DNA from: Nemertoderma westbladi | Lineage: Eukaryota; Animalia; Xenacoelomorpha | Length of the DNA: 64,000 nucleotides | Direction of reading: 5' to 3' | Assembly: GCA_032718475.1 (NCBI GenBank) | Contig: JAUCBJ010007098.1 | Span: 21,633 to 85,632, forward strand | In this document: one piece after another, positions 25,101 to 35,949 of the stretch | Numbering within the stretch: the stretch's first letter is position 1 | How the letters are laid out: each line of letters begins with the position of its first letter | The notes under the pieces: generated by a model | Told to the model about the DNA's origin: nothing | The model's database searches: none | Seen by the model: the letters and a program-made list of their open reading frames with translations, nothing else | Program-made: the position numbers and the translations under genes

Positions 25101-28100
25101 TGCTCTTGGATTGAATATCGAACAGAATGTGCCAACAATCGATGCCTTACATAGAGGAATGTTCAATGACCACAGTTACCTTGAAGTATTTCTTAATTTC
25201 TTTTGTGTCTTGCTTGACTTATGTCGTAAGGATCCAGGATTCCCTCCTAACTCTCAGGATAAAACATTGACAGGAGAGCCTTGTGATAAAGTCAGACTGA
25301 CTGACCATAATGTAGGTGAAATTTTCCGTTTGTACCTCCTTGCAAGGGGTGGTCTACATGATACTATTGAAGCTTTAGAGACTAAACCATTGCAGTGTTT
25401 GTCTCCCAATTTGAAAAGTGCTTGCTTGGCATTCCTTGTTAATGATCTGTTAACTAGTAAAGAAATTACACGGGAGATTGATAATAATATTGAACACATG
25501 GTGAATCTCCGACGTGACAAGTGGATATCTGAAGGAAAAGTTAGAAAACTTAAGATAATCCATGCCAAGAAGTATAAAGAGTTAATGCAACATGGTGAAA
25601 AGAAGGAAGATAATGATGATGATGACTCCGATGGCTCTGATCGAACTGAGGAGGCAGGCAACATTCTTACAGATGCTGAGGTTCAACAAGCTGATAGCCT
25701 GACATGTTATGACATTGACAAGAAGGTTGACAAATTATCCAAACAACAGGATGGATTTAAACATCAGTTGATGGATGCCTCACATACACTGCGGGCTCTG
25801 TGTCTTGGTGAGGATCGCTACAAAAGACGCTACTGGATCTTGCCTCATGCTGGTGGACTTTATGTTGAGTCTGTAGAAAGCTCTGAGTATTGTCTGGATG
25901 ATTCTATTAATCTTGGTGATGAAGATGCTGATGATGAAATGGAGGATGATGCTGGGGCAGAAAGTGCCAATGATGATACAGTAAAAGTAGAAGATAAACC
26001 AATTGTTGATGACATTGACAAACTTTCAGATAAAGCAGAGTGCAAGACCGAACCAAGTTTTAAGGAATGCCTTGAACAGGAAGAAAATACGATTGTTGAA
26101 GAAAATGTTATTGATGGTGCGAATGATAAAAACCAGATAAGAATTAATACTGATTTATCATTAGTGGGGCAACAGGGCTATTCCAACCAAAAGCAATGCA
26201 GAGAGGCTGATGAGATCAAAACAGAGCCACCATCAATTATATTTAATTTAATTCCAGATGCTGACAGTACTTGTGACCAAGCAGAAAAACTGCCTATAGT
26301 TGATATAGATGATTTGGATATTTCTGAAAATGGTATAGCTGAGTTGGATATTTCTGAAAATGGTGAGCATAGTGATCTTCGAGTGGGTGGCATGTTTTCA
26401 GATGATGACTCAGATTTTGAGGATGTAAAAATAAATGTTAATAATGCTGTTTGCAGTTCTATTGACAATCACTCTGAATCTTTCTATATTAGTGAACAAA
26501 CTATAACGTCTGGCAGCTATACTGGGTTACCTATGATGGGTAACCATAACAGAGCCAGTTTAACAACTGGATTTACTACTGGTATAGAAAATGCTACTGG
26601 TATCGATGAGGTCTCATCTATTGCACCTTATTATTCTTTAGCTGGTACTACACCCAAAGAAATTTGTCATGAAATTTATTCAACTCACCCTGTCAACATT
26701 TCCATCAATGTTTCATTAAATAGTCAACCTATTAATGGGGATAGAAACAAGATAGAAACAGATCAAACTGAGTTGTATTCAAAAACTGGGAGACCCTCTC
26801 TAGTTAGTCAAAATTTGACTGGCATTGGTGTTATGGTGAATGGCTTTGGTGAGCTGGAACATATCCCAAACATTACAGGCAATTGTGAAAATGCCGTTTA
26901 TTCTTCATCTCCATTTGTTACAACCACCAGCAAATCTTTGATGTCAAACCTGACGAATAAAATTCCACAAGGGATTACAAATATGTCTTTGTTTCATATG
27001 AAATCGGTTGCTAATAATAATCATACAACTCAAACAAAAACGGTCTTTAAGACAGCTCTAAATCGACCAGTGGTATCATCTGGTATTGCAGTTTTAGACA
27101 TAAATGGTCCAAGTCAAATCGTCAAAGTAGAGAATTCAACTGACTGTTTAGTGAAAGGTACTCAATACTGTGGCAAAGTATCAAATGATCAGTTTGAGCT
27201 TGGGTTTGTTGAGATAGCACAGCCGAGTAAGATTTTAAGAATAGAAAACAATTCAAATGTACCACAATTAGTAAGTGAAGACACACTACTACAATCAACA
27301 TCATCAACTTCAAATCAGATTGAAGATAAAATAGCTCTGGACATTCACAACCTTTTAGCATCATTTCAAACATATGTATCTGAGAGCATTTCAAAACCTA
27401 CATTTTCAACAGCTCCAAAACCAGCCCCTCTTGATGTGGAACCTGCTTCTGATATAAGTACCGAGAGTAATTGTTTACCTGTCATAAGTAGTGCCATCAA
27501 TATGTGTAACAAAACTAATGATAACTACAGTGTTGTTGTTTCATGTGTGAGTGGGAATCAAGTGCACCCATTACTTGAATCTCCAACAATCATTGATAGT
27601 CCTGAGCCTGTTGTAGTAGCATTTGACCAGTCTGGTACTCTTAAAGGTTTCAACTTCAATTTGGATTTTTCCAGTGATAACACCTTTGATGAAAGTTCTG
27701 TTGCTTCCAGTGCTGATCTTGAAAACTGTAGTGTTGACAATTACAAGAAAGACATAAATTCAAGTGTTAAATGTGATTACATACAACCATTGACAAAAGA
27801 GGTACTGAATGAAAATATGGCAGGTAGTGGTGTAGATAATGACTATAATTTAGGGGATAACAGTAGAATCGATATGCTGCCAATTAATGATAATTCAGAA
27901 GTTTATACAACAAGTACTAATAAAGATAAAGATACTTTTATTAATGTATCAAAAATATCAGTTGCTCAAAATGAAAATACCAATGGCGAAGAAATTATTC
28001 ATGGTAAACCAAGTTGCATCACGAATGCTACTGCTGAAAATAGCAACTCTAATACATCAGAGAGTACCTTGAAATCGAATCCACCCATTAATTATGAGCA

Positions 28101-31100
28101 AGCTAATTTGGAAGCATTAACTGAAATTGTATCACCTAACTCTTCACCAACCAATAAACTTCGATCTATCTCCTGTGTAATATCTAAGCCATCATCATTA
28201 CCTGTTGTCTTAAATAATGCATGCACTACGAAAGATGTTCCTATTACTGGAGCAACAATTATTTCCCAAACCACTCTCAAACCTGAAACCACTAGTTCTA
28301 TGGATGTATGCATTTCTTCAAAAGATAACATTCTAGAAACAATTGACGGGCAAGTAAATTTGGGTTTGCAACCAATACCATTATCATGTCCTCTTCCATT
28401 TACATTAAATCCAGTTCCTATCCCAATCCCAATAATGTCGCAGGTGCCTTCACTAGTATCACACTGCACTACTTCACCATTACTATCCCCTACAACATCC
28501 TCACCAATGATCTCACATTCAACTCAATCATCATTAGTATCGCATACAACATCTCCACCATTGTTATCACATATAACTTCCCCACCATTTGAATCGTCCC
28601 AGTCAAATCTCTCACCATTGGTATCACATTTAACTTCACCGGGAATATTGACACATTTAACTTGTCAGCCATTGCTGTCATATTCAACTTTGCCACCAAT
28701 GGTGTCACATTCAACTTCTTCACCATTGGTGTTAGATTCAACTTACCCACAAATGGTATCTTCCCATTCAACTTCTCCACCATTGGTGTCACATTTAACT
28801 TATCCGACACTGGTGATGCATTCAACTTCCCCACCAATTGTGTCTCATTCAATTTCTCCACCATTGGTATCACATTCAGTTACTGCACCATTAGCGTCAA
28901 GTTCAATTTCTCCAGCATTAGTATCATATTCAAATTCTCAACAATTGCTGTTACAAACAACAAATATGCCATTGAATGCTATGGCAATTTCATTCCCACT
29001 GATATCACAGCAAGTTTCTCCATCACTATCAATTTCTCCTCCGGTGTTATCACAGAAAACGTCTCTGGCATTGTTATCACAGATAACATCACTACCATTG
29101 TTGCCTAATACAACAACCACAACGTATTTATCTCAGTCAAATTCAACTCCATTGGTATCACAGGTAACTGCTCTTCCTCTCATGTTAAAAGAAACATCTC
29201 CGTCATCACCATCAAAGTCAACACCACTGACACTGGCACATATAGCATGCAAAAACCAAGCTGATGCTACTATCTCCTTACCGGTAAAATCAATAAACTA
29301 TCTCCCTTCAGAAACGTCTGAAGTCATTGATTCATCTGGTGCCCTCAATTTAACTAAACCAAAAAAAGTAAAACCGGAAAAAGTAAACATGTTGACGAAT
29401 CGTTCTGAACTCCTTAACCAACCAATACAAGCGGTTAATGTTCAAAACGAGCCTTTGTCATTGGTGGTATCCAATAAGAGAAAACTGGTGGAAACAAATT
29501 TAGATTATAGTTGTCTCTCCTTTCCAAAACGAACAAAGGTTGAACCATGCAAGACATCACTAAAAGAAAATATGAAGTCATTACTTTCAATAGCCACATC
29601 GACACATACCCCAGCACCAGCAGTCGCCCAAACATTTTCTGCTTTGAATTTTGATAATAAAGGGCCTAATGGACCTAGGATAGCATCAACTTTGCCTACA
29701 GATCCGTCGTCGGTGGACCCTTTAATGGCTTATTCCAATTCACTGTCGTCTTGGTGGCAACAAATGGCAAACTTGCCTTCATACTATCAAAGTGATCCAG
29801 CTGCAATTGCATTCCAAAATGATGCCCTCCTCAAAATGGATCCTTCACTGCTGATGTATGCTACAAATCCATTCATTGGTGCGTCAATCAATACATCTTC
29901 ATTAATGTCCACTCCATGCAATACAGAACAGCTATTGGCTACGTTGGCTAATCAATCAACAGACAGCCTACTCAAGACAATGTCTGGCATCCAGGTGGGT
30001 AGCAGCCGTTGGTTTAGTTTATTGGTAAGGAGATCTTGTGACTCTGAAAACCTTTTTGGCTCCATACAACCATTTGTTCTTAAAAACATTCCTTCATCCT
30101 TTGTAACTTCAATTAATTCATTTGGTAACCCGACGTGTTCAACATCTCAACTGCCAACTTTCGAAACACTTTCTAATTGTGAAGACGATGACGATATCGA
30201 CTTAGAAATTAACAAAGAAAAGCTTATCGGCCTTCCTGCCCCCATTCCACCGGAAAAACTTAAAGGTTGGTGGTGTATTCTAGAACCTGACATGGTGAAA
30301 GAGCTTATTCGGTGCTTGGAACCAATGGGAATACGTGAAAAGTGTTTGCAGAAACACCTGACAAAAGTGCTAGAAAATATAGAAGATAGTTGTAACAAGG
30401 CCAAGCAGAAGACATTTCAGATCGGCCTTCTTTCTGAAGATACCGAAGAGGCTGACTCGTGCGATGCCAGTAGTTCTAATAGTGAAAGTCGCCCTCGTCA
30501 ACCATTAATTGTTATACGTAAACTAGAGTCGGCAGATGATTGGTCACCTAATGCCAAGAGTGACTGTGAGGTCATTCTCATGGACATAATTGAGGACTTG
30601 AGTGATAAAGTCTACAATGCTAGCTTACAAGTTCGAGGTTGGCATGCCCCCGAACCCTTAGCTGCTAAACTTTATAAATGTGACAATATCTCAACGGACA
30701 TACTAGCTCAGGCTAGACAACGTCTCATAGACTTAGAATTAGGCATCGAACGTCGCTATTTGAAAGCGCCGCTGTGTAAAACGATGGTTATAAACCTGGC
30801 GAGTGTAGAGGAAGATGTTGCAACCAGCGATAATATGCCTGAGAGTGCGAAGGAAGAAGAAGTGGCCCCGGCGTTACAGCGATGGCGATTGGCGGTGGAG
30901 GAGGTCAAAAGCGCCGCTCAACTCGCTCTTTGTATTGAACAACTAAAGAGCTGCATTGCGTGGGATAAATCGATAATGAAAGTATTCTGCCAATATTGCA
31001 AGAAAGGTGACTCTGAGGAGCTGTTGTTACTGTGCGACGGTTGCGACCTTGGTTTCCACACCTACTGCGTCAAACCGTCTCTCAGCGCCATTCCACTGGG

Positions 31101-31797
31101 TAACTGGTACTGCAACCACTGCGTCGCCAAGGCGACCGGTAACATGGTCTGCCACGAGTGCCAGGGTCGGATGCGGTGCCTGCTCCAGTGCGACGCGTGT
31201 CCCCGCTCGTTCCACATGAGTTGCGTGGAGCCGGCATTGTCACGGAAACCCCGAGCGCGGTGGAAGTGTCCCTACTGCTCGTCCCATAACCCATCACTGT
31301 CCCTGTCCCCGGCCCCGCCGCCCACACCGAGTCCAAAGAAAAAAGTTAAAAAATTAGAGAAACCTGTGGAGGAATCCGTGATGGAACGCGAAGTGGATAA
31401 TAAAACACCAAATAATCCAAAACTCTCGAAAAAGCGCTTAAAGAAACTGAGTAAGGATTCGCGAACGCCTTCACCGGGTCTCTCTCCAAACGAGGTCTGT
31501 CTCCCGCTACTTATAGACATGATCTCACAGACAGACTCGTGGCCTTTCCTTCACGCAGTCGATAACAAACTGGTCCCGGCCTACCGGAAGATCATCCGGA
31601 GACCGATGGACTTCGCGACTATCCGCCGTAAGGTCGAGCGCTCCTCGTACGCGACTCTGGATGAGTTTGCCGCCGAGGTTCGACTCGTCTTCGACAACTG
31701 CGAGACCTACAACGAGGACGACAGTGACGTGGGTCGAGCGGGGCACACGATGCGTCGATGGTTCGAGGCGAGATGGGGCGGTTTATTGGGATTGTAA
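22183..31797 (+). CDS. BAZ2B: Bromodomain adjacent to zinc finger protein 2B / toutatis-like (ISWI accessory subunit), single uninterrupted ORF
   Basis: 3204-aa ORF with the family's ordered architecture: MBD/TAM (PLKHGWRRQT...YFAPCGKKLR), charged coiled coil, DDT (ADLLMTVEFIQTF), WHIM1, WHIM2 (LGEDRYKRRYW), WHIM3 (GWW...GIREKCL), two PHD fingers, and a C-terminal bromodomain (SWPFL...YRKIIRRPMDF...FDNCETYN). Confidence 0.95.
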   Translation: MESTDRRSYPSSSDRHPTSSTRIPSDSSADYAATGSLTERSLSSYNDQNAVYAAAVAAQQLSLLQHSAAGDPYGLVAAASLQQAAASSYPTSSMAALAAAAAYQPHFASYASQLNQGAMSDWWRMYGSLGGGGYLSGAPLIGTYGDSPIITSHHHHSISTGAATTTNRCNSSTKSPGAASDSGASSIDTSLNSMCSEPPNCTRSSSIVTASTASPFKHSTTATPSTLSLYHIPTPSISTVSMDTPFHELPLFQTTPNKDKKEVATTPDSESKLLSNKPILDLSKIFTTPEMNVVQPSNEIVQKASVIGSSYLGSESTSAYVESLIKQTLTGSSSYLGGGGGDLGAGESDFSTAMLMAMSPSSTHGARRSSTTGSTSSRRRKARIECEGNSSQQVRRSESEVSDDIEGCSTDASTTDDNEHRQLVQTRKSQSKRQHPRSAFTSTSPREYSRIAMPSPRLPAPRASFKSPSNGMSAASTSGNLHLDQLFSEDFSAKALLNSLAQRTLQSDNQKVISSISIEKECHEDSDTPLDFSNKKITSEKKLNEVSCKTFVKANNMEIPRDLSCSTSKGVSNPLCPSTKSATEPMEFNPSAIYMQQQKRTPKDVEALMAPLKHGWRRQTTVRCFSRGGIRGDTVYFAPCGKKLRNCAEVFRYLDRHNVSYATRQSFSFSAKLIIGEHIEAKHGCTADAAPGTVEYRKIPYEELISRLNKVQKSRRTLKMLLNKEQGSTSGLIGFGEPSKGTPSIPRPGNSINLPSTNVNNVLKQHAITTNSFQSQSFNTTSTVDHAALYKKLSEEKERRRLDRQRTLVIAREARAKKVLERQKERERVANRIVQDRKRKYEEIAKAKYEDYISKHKEREAKREQASLIKNQERDRKQHYTLLVRAMEGKRHVEDRELCRKERIKEQQRERERRIAEKHQEAIRALERLPREDMCVKDAKDLPDIPRVTGNQLSGPAYADLLMTVEFIQTFHIALGLNIEQNVPTIDALHRGMFNDHSYLEVFLNFFCVLLDLCRKDPGFPPNSQDKTLTGEPCDKVRLTDHNVGEIFRLYLLARGGLHDTIEALETKPLQCLSPNLKSACLAFLVNDLLTSKEITREIDNNIEHMVNLRRDKWISEGKVRKLKIIHAKKYKELMQHGEKKEDNDDDDSDGSDRTEEAGNILTDAEVQQADSLTCYDIDKKVDKLSKQQDGFKHQLMDASHTLRALCLGEDRYKRRYWILPHAGGLYVESVESSEYCLDDSINLGDEDADDEMEDDAGAESANDDTVKVEDKPIVDDIDKLSDKAECKTEPSFKECLEQEENTIVEENVIDGANDKNQIRINTDLSLVGQQGYSNQKQCREADEIKTEPPSIIFNLIPDADSTCDQAEKLPIVDIDDLDISENGIAELDISENGEHSDLRVGGMFSDDDSDFEDVKINVNNAVCSSIDNHSESFYISEQTITSGSYTGLPMMGNHNRASLTTGFTTGIENATGIDEVSSIAPYYSLAGTTPKEICHEIYSTHPVNISINVSLNSQPINGDRNKIETDQTELYSKTGRPSLVSQNLTGIGVMVNGFGELEHIPNITGNCENAVYSSSPFVTTTSKSLMSNLTNKIPQGITNMSLFHMKSVANNNHTTQTKTVFKTALNRPVVSSGIAVLDINGPSQIVKVENSTDCLVKGTQYCGKVSNDQFELGFVEIAQPSKILRIENNSNVPQLVSEDTLLQSTSSTSNQIEDKIALDIHNLLASFQTYVSESISKPTFSTAPKPAPLDVEPASDISTESNCLPVISSAINMCNKTNDNYSVVVSCVSGNQVHPLLESPTIIDSPEPVVVAFDQSGTLKGFNFNLDFSSDNTFDESSVASSADLENCSVDNYKKDINSSVKCDYIQPLTKEVLNENMAGSGVDNDYNLGDNSRIDMLPINDNSEVYTTSTNKDKDTFINVSKISVAQNENTNGEEIIHGKPSCITNATAENSNSNTSESTLKSNPPINYEQANLEALTEIVSPNSSPTNKLRSISCVISKPSSLPVVLNNACTTKDVPITGATIISQTTLKPETTSSMDVCISSKDNILETIDGQVNLGLQPIPLSCPLPFTLNPVPIPIPIMSQVPSLVSHCTTSPLLSPTTSSPMISHSTQSSLVSHTTSPPLLSHITSPPFESSQSNLSPLVSHLTSPGILTHLTCQPLLSYSTLPPMVSHSTSSPLVLDSTYPQMVSSHSTSPPLVSHLTYPTLVMHSTSPPIVSHSISPPLVSHSVTAPLASSSISPALVSYSNSQQLLLQTTNMPLNAMAISFPLISQQVSPSLSISPPVLSQKTSLALLSQITSLPLLPNTTTTTYLSQSNSTPLVSQVTALPLMLKETSPSSPSKSTPLTLAHIACKNQADATISLPVKSINYLPSETSEVIDSSGALNLTKPKKVKPEKVNMLTNRSELLNQPIQAVNVQNEPLSLVVSNKRKLVETNLDYSCLSFPKRTKVEPCKTSLKENMKSLLSIATSTHTPAPAVAQTFSALNFDNKGPNGPRIASTLPTDPSSVDPLMAYSNSLSSWWQQMANLPSYYQSDPAAIAFQNDALLKMDPSLLMYATNPFIGASINTSSLMSTPCNTEQLLATLANQSTDSLLKTMSGIQVGSSRWFSLLVRRSCDSENLFGSIQPFVLKNIPSSFVTSINSFGNPTCSTSQLPTFETLSNCEDDDDIDLEINKEKLIGLPAPIPPEKLKGWWCILEPDMVKELIRCLEPMGIREKCLQKHLTKVLENIEDSCNKAKQKTFQIGLLSEDTEEADSCDASSSNSESRPRQPLIVIRKLESADDWSPNAKSDCEVILMDIIEDLSDKVYNASLQVRGWHAPEPLAAKLYKCDNISTDILAQARQRLIDLELGIERRYLKAPLCKTMVINLASVEEDVATSDNMPESAKEEEVAPALQRWRLAVEEVKSAAQLALCIEQLKSCIAWDKSIMKVFCQYCKKGDSEELLLLCDGCDLGFHTYCVKPSLSAIPLGNWYCNHCVAKATGNMVCHECQGRMRCLLQCDACPRSFHMSCVEPALSRKPRARWKCPYCSSHNPSLSLSPAPPPTPSPKKKVKKLEKPVEESVMEREVDNKTPNNPKLSKKRLKKLSKDSRTPSPGLSPNEVCLPLLIDMISQTDSWPFLHAVDNKLVPAYRKIIRRPMDFATIRRKVERSSYATLDEFAAEVRLVFDNCETYNEDDSDVGRAGHTMRRWFEARWGGLLGL
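28450..29170 (+). repeat. Coding 27-bp minisatellite within BAZ2B (9-aa SHSTSPPLV repeat)
   Basis: Recurring TCACATTCAACTTCTCCACCATTGGTA-like units giving SHSTSSPLV, SHSTSPPLV, SHSISPPLV and similar. Confidence 0.85.
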
Positions 31798-32563
31798 GTC
31801 CCACTGACACACAGACAGAGGGGGGCGCGAAATCAATTTAAAAAAACACTAAAATTATGTAGAAATCGCGTTGCTCGCCTAATCATCACAAAATAATAGT
31901 ATAGATTGAGTTTTCACTTCGATCCAATGTACCAACGATTTAGTGTTAAAACTTTAATAAGTACGAAATAATTTGTTTAACATTTTAGATAATAATTATC
32001 TTTCTGATCATTTGATTGTAATTGATTAATATTTTTATTTGTTGTTTATTTTGTAATTATCGCGAAAGTTTTCCGTAGGAGGATCTGACTCTAGGACTAA
32101 AATGTCATTAACTTTGGAAATAATTTATATTTCGATAACAAAATAATGCTATTATTATTATCTGATATCAATAATAATTTTATAAGTTAAAATATTGTTG
32201 GAGTAGAATTACTTTACAAGCCACTAACATTCTCAGAAATACCACAAAGGGTTTTTTTAATTGTTTTTCATTTTTTCAAATTGTAATCAAGGTAAAGGTC
32301 CTTAACAGTTAATGTAAATTATATTGGGGTGGGGGGGGGGGGGGGGGGGGTAGAAAATGTATGCTGCCTGTAGTAGGTATAAGTATTATTTTTTTAGTTT
32401 AAATTCTTAGGGTTGTCGTATTTAGGGTTTATCTTTATTTATTAATTTTATATTTTAAATCAACCACTAAACTCTGAAAGCAATTAAAAGTTCTAAGTTG
32501 ATAAAAGGTTTGCGTTTTCTACAGCTATTATTATAATTTTATGCATGTATACAGTACAATATT

Positions 32564-32569
32564 AATAAA
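32564..32569 (+). terminator. Candidate poly(A) signal of BAZ2B
   Basis: AATAAA ~770 nt after the stop, followed by a T-rich tract; several alternatives lie further downstream. Confidence 0.35.
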
Positions 32570-34128
32570 CTTATATTCTTAAATTGTTACTTTTTCGCTC
32601 GAGAATACCCCAAAATCTGGAGTATCCATCCACTCACTCAAAAGTTATTACAACTTTAGTGTCTGCAAGACGAACTCCAAAACGGAACTCAATATCCAAC
32701 ATTGGTTTATGTAGTTAAGCGGCTCTCTAACGTAATAATTATTCGAGAACATTAAATTATTTAACATTGCGTAAGGCAGCATCAGGAGTTGAAGAGTTAA
32801 ATAATATGAATAGCAGTAACTATGGAAGCAAGTATAATTGCTGTTCAAAAAAAAGTACCAATTTAAGAATAAAATTACGTATTACATGGGAAAATAAACG
32901 TAGAACATATTTTTCAATATACTGTCAACCCTTTATTAATCTCGCTGGCGTTCGGTAAATAAAAATGCCTTGAGAATATTGATAAAAAGCTTTTTTTCCC
33001 ATGTATCCATGACAAAGATAGAGATGTAATAATATTGTTATGTTCGATATATTTTGATATTTTATATGAAGCTCCGTTAGATATTATACAGCATCGGTTT
33101 GTACTTTGTTAATTTCGTACTTTCAAACTATTAAATAGTAATTTATTGTATAAAAACAAGCTATTTATGTTTAAAATATTCGATATCGTCCTGGGCATCC
33201 GTTTAAAACCAAACACAAGGGGCTGATATTTATTAGTATATTTGCGATTCCCGTTGCATAAATATATTTATAAAAATTCATAGGAAATAAAACGCAAAAT
33301 TATTATTGAATATTTGTCTTTTAGACTTTTTATTAATTTGTAATTTAATACTTGGTTTAAAACCATTTTAATTTATTTTAGAATTATCGGTAGTTATTTC
33401 TGGTGTGGTTTCCTTTTTGGAATAGTATTACCTACAGTTTAGGCGTAAAAAAATAATTCCTCATTCCCATCTTAAAACCCAAGACTTTTATTTTTAATGA
33501 GGTGTTCCTTACTCTATTCTAATTCGTATATAAGATATGATATTTTATGGAATTTATGAATAACTCTTTCCCGCCAGGCCGTTGAAGCCAAATTAACCGG
33601 TGAAATATTTTTTTGCACCTTACTGTTGTTGTATAAAGTAGGCCAGGCCCTACTAATTATATGTCTCAAGCAGCGTGTTGTGTTGATTAAGCAATGTTGT
33701 GTTGTATATGCCTCTATATCCATCCACCCAATCTATATGCGAGCAATGTTTCTGTTTTTCTGTGCAGTAGTATTGCATTCCGTGCACTGCAGTTTGCCGC
33801 GTACAAACACCCCCCTCGCGCTTAGTCTCGTGTGATCCTGTGTCTTTTTCGTATCTTTATTTTTCTTGATTATAAATCTGTCTAAAACAGTTTTAGTGTG
33901 TAAATAGACAATTATTCCGTGTTAGTATCTACAGTGTCTATATTCAGATTCACATTAATAATATATTAATAAACGTTGTGCTTCGTTTGATTTGGTCGTA
34001 ACAAATCACTTTTTGGCGCTAATTGTCTCGGATCGGAGTTTAAATAAAGCGTTTAATTTTTATCCGACTGGGTTGTAGTAAAGTTATCGGTTAACGAGAA
34101 ACAGGAAACACCAGAGGCAACCAAACGC

Positions 34129-34335
34129 CTCCTCTCTCTCTCTCTCACTTGGGTCTCTTATTTACTCCACTAACCCTACCTTAATAATGCCTTGATCGTA
34201 TTACTGTTGAATGGGCTAAGCTATAGTTCCTGAGTTAACACATCAACGAAAACGGGATTGTTCTTTTTCGGGCTCGAACTCACGACCTCCTGGATCACCG
34301 AAGCTCTAAAAAACCAGGAATACCTTAACCTGTTA
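34129..34335 (-). mobile_element. Possible decayed tRNA-derived SINE
   Basis: Minus strand GGAGGTCGTGAGTTCGAGCCCG resembles a tRNA T-arm/B-box; weak A-box upstream and a (GA)n tract downstream. No full cloverleaf. Confidence 0.3.
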
Positions 34336-35215
34336 TAGTATAAGTTCGATAAAGCGCTACATTATATGACCCACTTGGTTACGGTAACAGTTCAATAAAT
34401 TTTCCCCTAAATATTTTACACACCTAAAGACTCAATACAGCGGCGTCCCGGAATACCCAACCCATATCATATTGTCGAGGACCAACCAGATCATTGGGCT
34501 TAGAAACCAATTTATAATGATTATCTTAAAAGAAGTAATTTATCAATAAATTAATTAATTATAAGATGATTTAATTAAACAGGCTAAAATTAATGATGAA
34601 ATGGAATTGGTGAGATCAGCCGATAAAAAAATATGAGCGAACAAATAATTAATGACCAGAAATGTAAAGTAAATGAGTTGCCGTGTCACATTTGAAACAA
34701 ATTTGCATGGCTAACTTATATACCACCTCGAATGAAAGTGGATAACAATCATATTATTGTACAAGGTGTCATCCATTAGGATTAGGCTTAGATTTTATTT
34801 TCCTAAAAGTAAGTAATCATATTTGCTTACTAATAAACTGGCGAACTAATTGTGGATTGGAAAATGGTAAATTATTTCTGAACTGAAAAACAAAAATTAA
34901 TAATATTAATATTAATAAATTCGACTTTTGTATGGTGTGGATTGACTTGGTTATATAAATTCCAATCTGAGTAAACTACGGATGCATAGCCATATGATTT
35001 ATCATAATATCTAGAACTCAAGAACGCTCAATTTGGTGGAAAACAATTCATGATATTATTATAACATACGGGTTACATATTACGTTATTTTCAATGTATA
35101 AATCGTTAGGAAGGTGTGCATGCCTTTTTAAGGGTTAATTGGCGCGAAAAGCCAAAACATATCGTCACTTTAAAGACCCTAAATCCATCTAAACTAAATC
35201 ATTTTCTACCATTAC

Positions 35216-35458
35216 CAGATAGGGGGGGAAACTGGACGCAATAAAAATTCATCCCTCTCCAGGGGAAATTCGACGCAAAGAACAGCTGATTATTCTCAAC
35301 AATAAATCTTTAACCTGTTCTATTGTGCTTAGTTTATTGTTTTGGTTCAAATAACGTGCCACTGTAACCTGCTCCTTTCCCTAAATTGAGAATTTAACAT
35401 TGAGGCGGGATATTAATTCGCCAAGGCGGGTTTTGCGTCCAGTTTCCCCCCCTGTCTC
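35216..35458 (+). mobile_element. MITE family C, hAT-like, with 8-bp target-site duplication
   Basis: TIRs AGATAGGGGGGGAAACTGGACGCAA / TTGCGTCCAGTTTCCCCCCCTGTCT. ACCATTAC lies immediately on both sides (35208-15, 35459-66). Confidence 0.85.
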
Positions 35459-35479
35459 ACCATTACACTATAAATCGGT

Positions 35480-35942
35480 ATGCTCTATCCACTAGTGGTA
35501 TTCTGCTGGGCTCTAACTGCTGAGGACACCACATCTCCGGATGGCACATTCACAAGAATGCTACGCCGGGTTCATTGTGTCAAGTACAATGCACACATCT
35601 CCAACCAGACACTATATAACATTGGAGGTGTCTCATTGGTTCCCCCAAGCTTGACACTAGAACAAAATCGCCTCCGCTTTGCAGGACATTGCTTTCGCCA
35701 TGAGGACCAGCCAGTGCATAAACTTGTACTTTGGCAGCCTCATGGAGTGAATAAGCATGGTGGACAGCCCATGACTTTCTTGAGACACATCTTAAAGGAC
35801 ACTGGCCTTGAAGATGCGGATGATCCAGCAAATGTCATGGGAGTTAGGGAGTTGTGGCGGCGCAATTTTGTCGACAAGCCGGCACAGCATTCTTAAAAAT
35901 GCAGCTGCAATGCAGCATGCCGATCCTAGTAGTAGTAGTAGT
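35480..35942 (+). mobile_element. 5'-truncated non-LTR retrotransposon (RTE-like ORF2 C-terminus) with (AGT)n tail
   Basis: Translation DGTFTRMLRRV...NQTLY...RLRFAGHCFR...LVLWQP...DTGL...RELWR resembles the post-RT C-terminal region of RTE-type LINEs; TAGTAGTAGTAGTAGT tail at 35927-35942. Confidence 0.8.
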
Positions 35943-35949
35943 CCAGCTT

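Noticed and set aside
22644-31810. Many antisense and alternate-frame ORFs within BAZ2B
   Set aside because: Shadows of the main CDS and its coding repeat
34260-34335. Functional tRNA gene
   Set aside because: Only a B-box/T-arm-like piece; no acceptor stem or cloverleaf
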